Source of the DNA: Catajapyx aquilonaris
Lineage: Eukaryota
Length of the DNA: 20,000 nucleotides
Direction: 5' to 3'
Assembly (NCBI GenBank): GCA_000934665.2
Contig: KZ538513.1
Location: forward strand, 44,983 to 64,982
A model generated the notes under the pieces. That model saw only the letters and a program-made list of their open reading frames with translations. It was not told the origin of the DNA and searched no databases. Shown one piece after another: positions 1 through 9,730 of the stretch. The translations under genes and the position numbers were made by a program. How positions within the stretch are numbered: the stretch's first letter is position 1; the number at the start of each line of letters is the position of its first letter.

Positions 1-689
1 TCAGAATAGTTTGGTTGACTATATGGTGCTTAAAAAGCGGGGAATTGTCACCATCGATTTACGCACCTGTTACGTCCTACATGTTACTACGGCCAATTTC
101 GACGTACCGTTTGCTCCAGTTTGTCGTTCAAGGAAACGTTATTTATAAAAGTAAGGAAAAGGGGGGGGGTTACAATTGTGAGGTACTCGTTTTACGTTCC
201 CCGGTCTGGCTGTATTAAAATAGTGCAAATAGAGGCCTTGGAACTAGTTTTTTTTTATTCCGACTGGGCCAACGGCATCAGTATATTTTCATGACGTCAA
301 GCGGTTGAGTGATCTCTTACAATACGCATTATGTGGTATTAGCATAATATGACCTTTTTGCGCAACTTTTTTTTATATAAAATACATCGAATGGGGAATG
401 TCCCAATAATGGTGCAAATAAAGTGCATTGTTTATGAAGGTCGTTTTTTTTTTTTCTCACTATCGAAGCGATATGACCTTGTCTGGTTTAGGGTTGTATA
501 TACCCGTTGTAATTTCCATGCCACGTGGCTTTTGCAGATGGGGAATGAATAGGGGTGGCCCATTGGGTGTGGGGTGTCGTCAGAAACAATCGACCTTGGC
601 CTCGCGACGGATGGCTTTGAACGGCTATTGTTCCAGCTCCCGATAGGGTATCGATAACCTGGCCATAAACAGTGAAGGGCAGACAGGTA

Positions 690-739
690 CTGTATCGCTC
701 AAAAAAACATGCAAAATCGTCTGTTTTTGAGCGATATAG
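690..739. mobile_element. 50-bp mini-MITE/hairpin with CTGTA-type termini and TA flanks
   Basis: ta|ctgtatcgctcaaaaa...tttttgagcgatatag|ta: ~16-bp inverted arms with 1 mismatch and TA on both sides. Confidence 0.55.
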
Positions 740-761
740 TACTGTAGTACACTGAAAGTGC

Positions 762-853
762 TTCCTTCCCTATCCTTGACCCCATCCAATGGTGGTATTC
801 CACCCCCCCTAATGGGCCGCCGATTCTCCCAATGGGGTATAAATAATATAAAT
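762..853 (+). mobile_element. 5'-truncated 3' end of the SINE family seen at 4430-4680
   Basis: ttccttccctatccttgaccccatccaatggtggtattccacccc...cgccgattctcccaatggggtat plus an AT tail closely matches the reverse complement of 4449-4527. Confidence 0.75.
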
Positions 854-1158
854 GACCTGTTAATTATTAGGGGTAATGTACTCGGTGCTATTTTTTTTTT
901 TTAATTGCTGACTGGGCGCACATGTTGGTCGACACGTAAACATTTCAGGGATGACGTCACGTCTGGCCTCACGTTTTTGTTACCGGCCTCGTGGTGCCAT
1001 TATCGGAGCGTGTCGAATATTTTTTTTTAAACTGTGGCCTAACCCCGGTTTTAATTTAATTAAATAGGTTTGGTGGTCGAAATATTTTTGGGCGTTTGTT
1101 TACGGACTGGGGCTGCTGTGCGACCGTGCAGTTCTTGACCCTACCTCTTTTTTACCAG

Positions 1159-4100
1159 GGGAGGAGCCGAAGGACTACCACACCTTTGCGGGCTCGGTGG
1201 GCATCGATAGATCCACACCCCCTCCGCCACCTCCTCCCCCTCCTCCTCCGCCGCCGCCCCCTCCGCCCCCGCCCCATTCCTCCACCTCCCACCCTCCCAA
1301 CTCCATCTCCCAGCCCATCCGCAGCATCAGCAGCGGCCACCCCCCGAACGGCACCACCNNNNNNNNNNNNNNNNNNNNNNNNNNNNNNNNNNNNNNNNNN
1401 NNNNNNGCCAGCCCCCTCGATCTACCACCCGCACACGCCGCCCACGCATCGCACGCACTACTCCTCCGCCACCTCATCCACCTCCTCGTCCCCTCCAGCC
1501 GTCCACCCCCAGCATCCAGAGGATGACCGCCCCTCCGCCTCCTCGTCGCCAGGGTACCACCACAACAACGGGGCCGCCTACCGTCACCTGGCCGTCAACC
1601 ACGTGCTCAGGCATGAGGAGATGCACGAGGCCAAGAGGAGGAACGGGTCAGTGTTGAACCAGAACGACGGTACCGTCGTTGAATGAGCCGCTAGTTGACA
1701 ATGAACTGATGATTAAAACGGACAGCTCATTTAGTTCACGAGGTACACGACAGATGCGGCGCTGTAATAGCTGCGTCAGTTCATGAAGTACACCACAGAT
1801 GGCTCTGTAACAGTTCATGAAATATGCAACAGATGGAGCTGTGGCAGCTGCGTTAGTTCATCAAGTATACCACAGATAGCGCTGGCCATTTCTGTTAGTT
1901 CCTTAAGTACACCACAGATGGAGCCAGCCCCCCCCCCCTCCATGGGGACGGCTGGGCTCTTAACAAGTCCACCACCACCCGGATTTGGCGCTGCAGTCGA
2001 TCACTACAGTGTTGGACATTAATCGCGTCATACCGCTAGCGACAGTTTCCGATGCGGAAGATGTGCGAGAAAGAAATGGTAGGCCTTGGGTGACGTCACG
2101 GGCTGGGGACAAGTCTGTTTCTCCTGCCCCCCTAGCCGGTGACGTCACCCAAGGCCTACCTCTTCTTACTCGCACTGTATCACTTCGATTTGCACGTCTT
2201 CCGCATCGAAAACTGTCTCTAGGAGTAAGACGCGATCAGCGCCCCGGACACTACCTATACGTTCTTATCTTATCGCCTGCCGGGGCGTTTTGCTTGAGGT
2301 GCTCACCTGAGAGCGCCATGAGACCTTTCACGGAGCAATCATGTGGCGACCCTACCGGAAACTTTATAGGTACAAAAGGGAAGCGCTACATTGGGGGACC
2401 CAACATGGTCGCCGGCGGACATGTTGGGCCCGCATGTAGCGCTTCCCTTTTGTAGCTATAAAGTTCAGCGTTAGTCCGGTAGGGTCGCCACATAATAGCT
2501 CCGTGAAAGGTCTCATGGCGCTCTCAGGTGAGCACCTCATGCAAAACGCCTCGGCAGGGGATAGGTGGGAGTGTCCAGACCTTAGTATTCTCTGACCATG
2601 GGCGCGATTAATGTCCAACACTCTACAGTGCTGGACATATTAGCAGTCCCTAAATATTTACTTATGTACTGTACCAAATCGCATTCGGGCGGATGACTTC
2701 TGAACTGTTCTGAACCTACCTAAACCGTCAATTCCCATTTAAGTGCCAGTTTTCAGATTCGCCTACCATCCACCCGAATGTGATGGTGGGCGTATATGCG
2801 GGGTTGAATGTGAAGTGACGATTTAGGTAGGTTCAGAACGGTTCAGAAGTCGTCCGCCCGAATACGATTAGGTACAGTGCGCCACATACGGGGATGCGGA
2901 GACTCGTTAAGCGCATGCAAAAGGAGAGGGAGTTGCGGAGGAATGCGTACCACAGATAGCTGTAAAAGCTGTGCTAGGACATGAAGCACAGATGGCGTCG
3001 TAACAGTATTAGTTCCTGAAGTAGGCTACAGATCTGTCAGACGTAAGAAGACCGTAACTCAAAAACGTTACGGTCTTCTTACGTCTGACGGCGGAGTGGT
3101 CCTGGCCAGTTCCTTTAGTACTCACAGATGGCGCTGGCCGTTTCTGTTACTTTCCGAAGTGCACCATAGATGGAGCTGTAACAAGCGTTAGTTCATGAAG
3201 TATTCCACAGATGGCGCTGGCCATTTCTGTTAGGTCCTTCAGTATAGCGCAGATGGCTCTGCCGTCAGCTTGCAAATACGGTACTGTAATGCAACAATGC
3301 CCGTATTTTCTCGCAGGGCCGGCACCAGGGAGGTCCACAACAAGCTGGAGAAGAACCGGAGGGCACATCTCAAGGAGTGCTTCGAGACCCTCAAGAAGCA
3401 GCTGCCCGCCCTGGAGGACAAGAAGACCTCCAACCTCAGCATCCTCCGGAGCGCCCTCAGATACATCCAGGTAGTTGTTCGCTCTAGCATGAGGTCAAGC
3501 AACCTAAACAGCACAATAAATATTTCGGATACGTAGTACATAACAAACCCTTTTGTTGCATATGTCGCTGTTGGCCAAGGTTGGTCTGATAAATTTAGAT
3601 TAACAAACCGTGTGTCGAAATTGCCTGAGGCGCCACCCAATGGGGCCAATAGCCCACAATGTACACAAGTGCACGCACGGCCTTGGTATAACTTTTTACA
3701 CGTGTACGGCGTAACTTTTTTTAAACAAAATATTTCGCAATATTCTGGATACGCCACTCTTCCCCCACATTCTCTATCGATCGAGACGACGCAAAACGAC
3801 CGGGCGGGGGGGGGGGGNNNNNNNNNNNNNCAGGTCAACGTCAAACAGTGTTGCCAATATTGCAAAAAAAATCGCGAAATTATTTTTTTTGAACGAACGA
3901 ACAATTTGCACAACTGAACTTACTGGCTATGCGCCAAATTTTGCATTTTTTTGCGTTGCCCCTGAATAGAGGACAGGATAGTTTGCAAATAGCTCGTAGC
4001 TTTTTTGCATACTGGCGCCGGCGCCTCTTTTTCGCATTTTTTTGGTTTGTTTTGGAAACTACGGCCTTGGAAGCAGGCTTTTTTGGGCTGAATTTTTTGG

Positions 4101-7100
4101 GTGGCCCACCCCATAACCAGCAGGAATTATTGCATGAACGGACATCGATCCGCGAAATTTTTTGGGCGAAAAATTTGGCAACATGCGCGCGCAGATTTTT
4201 TTTTTTGCAGGGGGGGAAAAACACGTGGTATGAGGGGGTTTTAAGCCACGTGGGCGTTGGCTGGATGGCTTATATAAGTTGGGAGAGCTGGATTTTAAAT
4301 TTGGGTTATGCACGTGTCGGCTCAGAAACGCAGAAGTCTGGCCGCAGCGTGGAATACATTGCGGTGAATTTTTATTAAAGAAATTTTGTTGTTGAAATTT
4401 TATACACTATATACAGTATAATAGCCTATATAATTAATTAATTAATTAATACCCCATTTGGGAATATCGGCGCTCCGTTAGAGGGGTGGAGTACCACCAT
4501 TGGATGGGGCCAAGGATAGGGAAGGAATTAGGCGGCTGTTGCCTATTATACGGAAACAACCCCGGAATTTATTATCCTGGGGGGGACCGTGGAAAACCAC
4601 GGTCAGGGAAGCCGGCCGCGGGATTCGAACCCAGATTAGCAGCGTCGGGCTCCTTAACCACTACACCGACCTGCTTCGGTATATATATATACTTAATGCA
4701 AAACGATGCCGATGCTACACGATTTTAATTAATAAATTTTTTCCCTGATTAACAAGTCTTGCGGCTAGTGTTTCTTGGCACGGTAGCTGCGGAGAGGCTG
4801 GGAGTCCGTGAATGGGATGGTTTGGCAAATCTCAAAGAGTAGGAGAAGGCTGATTGTTGCCTGCGCTTGAAGGAAGCGCAATTTGCAGGGCTTGACAGGA
4901 GGGGTTTATTTCTGGTCGGCGGGTGCAGTCGGTTTTGGCCGGATGTGTCACGGCAAAGCTGGAGCAACCTTGGAAGGACACACAGTTTTTTTGGGGGGGA
5001 GTGTGTCGCTTTTTCTTTCATCATTCGGTGCGCTCGGTGTACGGAGAGTATGGAAAGTACTAGTCAATAATGAGTTACGCAGCTGCTCTGTGATGAAGCC
5101 GTAATTTAAGAGTTGATGCAAACTGCAGCTGGAGTCACATTAATATTAATGCTACTATGCTAATGAATCTTGATGCATGCGAGAAAATATATTCACTGTG
5201 GTCTCTCGGGCAGTAGAAAATAATTAATTTTCTCAGCAGTTTCATTGCCTTGATATTTCCAGTCGACATGTACAGCTCCGGCGGAAGTTTTTTGATTGAA
5301 ACCGAGCACCTGACCCTTGGGGAATTTTTGGCAGCATCTGCACATTTAGAGCCGGCATAATTGGCCAGTATGCCAATGAAAATTTCACAATCCTTCCGGG
5401 AGCCCCCTGTATTTTGGCAGCCGGCGACACTTAAGCTCTCGCTAGGTGGTAATTTTGGGACATGCCTCGAGAAGAAGAAAACAAGTGGAGCATGCGTTTG
5501 GGGATTATGCTTGCAAGGGTTTTTTCACCTCTTTGAAACGGAGAAGGTGGCAAACTTGAAATGACCTTGACCTAGCAGATTTTTTTTGTTTGGAAGTGGC
5601 CAAAATATTCTTTGGGCATTCGCTTGACATTGAATTTCACTAGTTGGCCTTGCAGCATACATGGGATCAATCAGCGAGGGAAATGTACTGCCATAACATG
5701 TACTCAATTACGTAACAACCATGGAAAGTGAAGAAAAAAAAATTAATTGCCCTGCCTTGGATTTGAAGGTTCACATGTATTTTGAGGCTCGTCTATTTTT
5801 TGTTTTATAATAGAAAGAGAGAGAGAGACTGAAGAGGGCATTTTATAAGTGACCTTTTGTAGGGAGCTTGGCCGGACTTTGGACAAGGTCAGCTAGTTTT
5901 TGGTTGGGAGTAGTTTTCAAAAGTGGGTTGGGTAGAAACCGTGGCGGAGAGATAACTTGATTTAGCTGGATGTACGAGTTTGTTGACACTCGGTGGTTGC
6001 GACTTAGACGGTCGCAGATTTTAACGGTGGAGAAAACAGAGCATCATAGTTTACGAATGCTTTCACCTGCTTTCATGGCACATTTGCTGTCACCACCGTA
6101 ACGCTCGTGACTTGGTGTACAAAATATTCATACTATGATTCCGTTTGACGTACTGTTGAATGATTAAATGTGTTGCTTTTCAGTTACTCAAACGCAGGGA
6201 AAGGGAGATGGAGCACGAGATGGAGAGACTGGCCCGTGAAAAGATATCGTCGCAGCAACGTTTGGTGTCGTTGAAGAAAGAGCTGTCTTCCCAGTGGGAC
6301 CATGTGGACTTCTCAGCGCTTCTTCCAGAACCCACCGGTTTTGTACTTGAACGAGGTGGACGGAACCCAAGCGGGCAAGACCACGACTCGAATTCGACCA
6401 CAACTGCAGATGGTTAGTTACACAAATGAGCAACCAGGTGCGGTGATATTAAATCATGCTTCGTGTTCAGAGGGTGCTGTGGGGAGCGACATGGAGGACC
6501 TTCGCGAGACTTCTCCTCGTCCGGCACCTCCGCACACACCGTCGCACCTCAAGTCTCCTCGTGCCATTCGAGGTGCCAAGTCCCATACCCTCCCGAGAGG
6601 AAGTGGGACACCCTCGCCGTTACATCTCCGCACGGGACTGGGAGGGGGTCTTCCAACAGTGAGCAGTTCGGATGATTCCTGGGGCGGCTTCTCGCAGCAG
6701 TCGCCACCGCAGGAGGGGAAGGCATCACCTGCAGTGATCAAAATGGAGGAAGACGAGGTTGCCACCATTAACACGCTTCCGGCTCACTTGCAGATACCAG
6801 CTCAGGTAGCACCGGTTCGTTCAGGCGTGTGAGCCGTATTTACATGGTTTTGATTTACAGATGGTGGCACATCCGGGGCTTCCTCCCACGACACTGGTGA
6901 GCACACCGATACAAGTGCTGGCCCATCCAACAACAGTGCGAATGGTAGCAGCTCCCGACCCAGGGTCACCATCGCAGCAGCCTCTAGCCCTCACCGTACA
7001 TGCGGCTGCCAACTGCACCAGAGGGCTGGTGACCTCGACTGGAGGACCAAGAATGGCTGCGATGCAGGTTACGAAGCAGCAGCCGGGCAGCGTCACCTAC

Positions 7101-7970
7101 CTGAGCGAAGTACCTCTGACAAGTCCGGTGCTGATAGCCACGGGGTTGGATCAGAGTCAGCACTCGGGAGGAGGGCACCAAGCAATCCTGGTGGCTGGGA
7201 AGAGTCTGGCGACACCAAAGGTCACCAAGGGCGGGGGCGCAGGGTCCGGCCCAGGGGCAGGCGGGTTGGTCGGGCGGTCAGTGCCATCCTCGCCCATTGC
7301 ATTCCCGGCTGGTATGGCCGTTCCGAATGGTTTGCTGGCGGCTACGGGACCCATCAGTTTCGCAAAGGCTGGGACGGGCCAGCAGGAACACTGCATCATT
7401 ACCTCAGGCGGCACGATGTCGTCGAAGCCGTCTGCGGATGGTCTAGTCCCGGCCACAGTCACAGCAACAATGGGCATCCCAACCCTCACGACGCATCTGG
7501 CCACGGCTGGTGAGCTCGGCAGATTATCCTTCTGAAACGGTTGCTAAACGAGTGTTGCTTCCAGGCATAACACATGTGATGGCTCCCCTGAACTGCCAAG
7601 GAGGGCTGACCACCTCCCTGACCCCGCTGGTGGCCCCTATGGCCATGATGTCGCAGGCCAACCACGTTGCTCACATACTCACCACACCACACCTCGGAGG
7701 AAAGGTCAGTCGCTCTTAAGCCGCACCGTTCCGCCGCAATAACACGGGTTTCCACAGGTGGTGACCTCCCCGGCCATGGGCCAGCTGCCCATAGTGAGCG
7801 CCCAGTACCTCCGCCTTCCCCCGAGGCAGCTAGTGAAGCCGGTCGTCGTCGTCACCACAACAACGGCCGCTCCTCTTCCCCCTGCTCCCGCCCCTCCCTC
7901 TCAGTCAGCCCCTAGTCCTTCCCCTAGCCAAGCCGGATATACAATCAAGACCGAACCAGGCTCGCAGTGA
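1159..7970 (+). CDS. MNT: Max-binding protein MNT (bHLH-ZIP transcriptional repressor), 5'-partial. Exons 1159-1646, 3317-3470, 6184-6412, 6471-6805, 6861-7509, 7565-7704, 7758-7970
   Basis: Spliced translation gives ...AKRRNG-AGTREVHNKLEKNRRAHLKECFETLKKQLPALEDKKTSNLSILRSALRYIQ-LLKRREREMEHEMERLAREKISSQQRLVSLKKEL, which closely matches the MNT bHLH-ZIP. All junctions are GT-AG with compatible phases (2,0,1,0,1,0). The last four introns are 58, 55, 55 and 53 nt. Stop TGA at 7968-7970. The first visible exon opens at a phase-1 acceptor (tttttaccag, 1158), so the SID exon is upstream of the window. An N gap at 1359-1406 interrupts this exon. Confidence 0.95.
1359..1406. other. Assembly gap (48 N) inside the Mnt Pro/His-rich exon
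   Basis: N run following caccacc. The likely reading frame differs by one base across the gap. Confidence 0.99.
1731..1926 (+). repeat. Degenerate ~36-45 bp tandem array, left block (5 units), consensus TTAGTTCATGAAGTACACCACAGATGGCGCTG
   Basis: Five successive agttc...gta..cacagat(g/a)g.gctg units can be read directly. Confidence 0.85.
2007..2623. mobile_element. 617-bp Tc1/mariner-type MITE with ~21-bp TIRs, TA TSD and two internal palindromes
   Basis: TA|cagtgttggacattaatcgcg (2007-2027) ... cgcgattaatgtccaacactc|TA (2603-2623). CAGTG termini plus a TA duplication are typical of Tc1-like elements. Internal foldbacks at 2022-2236 and 2246-2576. No transposase. Confidence 0.85.
2669..2877. 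mobile_element. ~209-bp foldback MITE with ~70-bp TIRs
   Basis: ctgtaccaaatcgcattcgggcggatgacttctgaactgttctgaacctacctaaaccgtca pairs with tgacgatttaggtaggttcagaacggttcagaagtcgtccgcccgaatacgattaggtacag. Flanks are TA (left) and TG (right). An extra internal hairpin cgcctaccatc/gatggtgggcg is present. Confidence 0.85.
2946..3265 (+). repeat. Same ~40-bp tandem array, right block (~7 units)
   Basis: Units such as ttagttcatgaagtattccacagatggcgctggccatttctg nearly duplicate units at 1853-1894. Confidence 0.85.
3036..3089. repeat. Perfect 23-bp inverted repeat with 8-nt loop (probable mini-MITE)
   Basis: gtcagacgtaagaagaccgtaac-tcaaaaac-gttacggtcttcttacgtctgac. Confidence 0.9.
3818..3830. other. 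Assembly gap (13 N) after a poly-G tract
   Basis: N run visible in the sequence. Confidence 0.99.
4222..4316. promoter_or_regulatory. Cluster of three canonical CACGTG E-boxes in a Mnt intron
   Basis: CACGTG at 4222-4227, 4247-4252 and 4311-4316, plus one at 3699-3704. Function is inferred. Confidence 0.5.
4430..4680 (-). mobile_element. tRNA-derived SINE, apparently full length (~250 bp)
   Basis: The minus strand reads accgaagcaggtcGGTGTAGTGGTTAAg (A box) ...GGGTTCGAATCCC (B box), then a non-tRNA body (gtggttttccacggt...aggcaacagccgcc..ttccttccc) and a (TAAT)n tail. A possible tatata TSD is present. A second partial copy lies at 762-853. Confidence 0.82.
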
Positions 7971-9724
7971 ACGGACACTCGGAATGACTAATGCTCAATT
8001 TTTTTCAGGAGTGCGGTGCAAGATGGCAGACTGCGAGGGGAAGTGAGGTCAGAAAATGTCGTTTACATGTCTTCTAGTCTGCCCCCTCCCCACCCTCCCG
8101 CCCAAAAGTTTGTCAAAATTGCATGGAGCGAATGTGAAACACCCGGTGGCGTCAAGAACTGTAAAGGCTACGACTTGCCGCTTCTCGACTGGGAAAAATC
8201 AGGCAGTTATTTGTACGATGTTGCTACTTATACCTGGGCTTCCTCAATTATTATTTTTTTTTCCTACTCCTCGTATGGGTTTCGAACTTGTGCTGCAGGC
8301 AAAAGACCAGGGTTAAAAAAAAAGGGGTACAAGAACCATCCATTTTGTACGGACTCGAATTAGCGGTGGTTCGCAAAAGACTGAGGTCGATTCTTCATCG
8401 TCTGTTCTTATTTCACCGGTGCTGAAAATTTTTAAGTTTCCAGTGGAATTATTTTGCATGGCAGCCTCTGTGAACAAACGTAATGCATTCCAACGTTTAG
8501 CGTATAAGTTTGCATGTGTTATTGAGTTATTTTTTTATACCCAAGATATGAAAAAAAATACAAAAAAAAAAGGCGAGTTAGCGGACATGTTTGTATGGAT
8601 GGAAAAGTGACAAGCTCAAAATACTTTTTATTAAAAAAAATAATCGGCTTGGTGCAATCTCACCAGTTCCAGTCTCGTGCGAGGGAAAGCGGAAGTTACA
8701 AAGAGACATATCTTTAAAATGTTGACTCGCTGGGAATTTCTGTTGTTCATTTTTCACCCCCCGAATTTTTGTGCCGGAATTTTTAGTATTAAGTGTGTAC
8801 CAGTGTCAAGTACGATTGATTGTACAAGGTGCTAAATTTCTTCTCATTTTTTTTTCTTTCTGGTGGCAACCATCACTGTGAAATCCCTCTCGTACACTAT
8901 CCGCAGCTGACATGTTCCCAGTTAACAAATTTTTTTTGGGAAAAAAAAACAAACATGAAATAACACAAAAAAAAAAAATTGCATGGATAGCAAGGGTCCT
9001 ACATGTACGTGAAAATGTTATATATTAAGAAAAAATGATATTCGGAAAGTGTGGGATTAATTGTTACGTCGTACCCTTTCCCTCCCCGCCCTTTACAAAT
9101 ATAAGATGGTGTTGTTGTCAAATACGGGTCTTCATTGTTGTTTTCTTTTCAATCTATCTTCCGTCTTCAGCTCCCCCCCCCGAAGTGAGTGTCGATTTTT
9201 GCAGGGGTTTCTTGTAAAGAACTGGAGTCCGGCACCATCAAAAGAGAGAGTGGAACGTTAGTAACGTAGCGATTTTTTCAATGGTATGGGCCAGTGTTTT
9301 TCTGACATGTACAACTGTAGACCTTTCCCCCCCCCTCCCTCCTCAACGTACATAGAAGCAACAAAGTGTGAGTTCCGTTAAAAATACACCCGGAAAATGG
9401 TACAAAAAAAATGGTGACCAGTATCCACCAGAACACGATGTTTGGAGAACATTTTTCTTTTTAAAGCGGGTGCGGTTAATTGTACATATCAAATCGGGAT
9501 GTTCATTAAGGCGACATGGTGTAGGGGACTTTCGTTCATTTTCATTGCGTGCCAGGAGCGGCGGAACTGGTGGATACTGAGCGTGAACAATTTAATTTTA
9601 AACCCTGCCCCCCCTTCCCTCCCAATCTTTGTGTACATAACAGTGCATCGTTGACCTACAATTTGTTGACATATTTATGAGTGTAAGTTGCTTTTGGCTT
9701 CAAACTTAGGCAACCTCTGCGGAA

Positions 9725-9730
9725 AATAAA
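9725..9730 (+). terminator. Candidate poly(A) signal of Mnt (would give a ~1.8-kb 3'UTR)
   Basis: AATAAA followed by a GT-rich element (gtgttttt, 9761), just before the convergent UQCR10 3' end. Confidence 0.55.

Noticed and set aside
1359..1406. Mnt pseudogene or programmed frameshift
   Set aside because: The frame change falls within an N gap of estimated length. The rest of the gene is intact.
1985..2621. Opposing ORFs 1985-2455 (+) and 2364-2621 (-) sharing peptides (LDINR, AFCxRCSPESAMRPFTE), suggesting a duplicated gene pair
   Set aside because: The similarity is produced by the DNA palindrome and TIRs. No transposase or other domain motifs and no splice support.
1731..3265. CRISPR-like repeat-spacer array
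   Set aside because: Units are degenerate and abut each other without unique, equal-length spacers. The context is a eukaryotic intron with no cas genes.
3239..4378. Long ORFs 3239-3913 (-), 3880-4224 (-) and 3929-4378 (+)
   Set aside because: Antisense shadow of the bHLH exon, or homopolymer-driven F/K-rich translations spanning a gap. No recognisable domains.
4610..4680. tRNA gene on the minus strand
   Set aside because: A and B boxes are present, but there is no convincing cloverleaf or acceptor stem. It continues into a repeated body and simple-repeat tail, so it is a SINE head.
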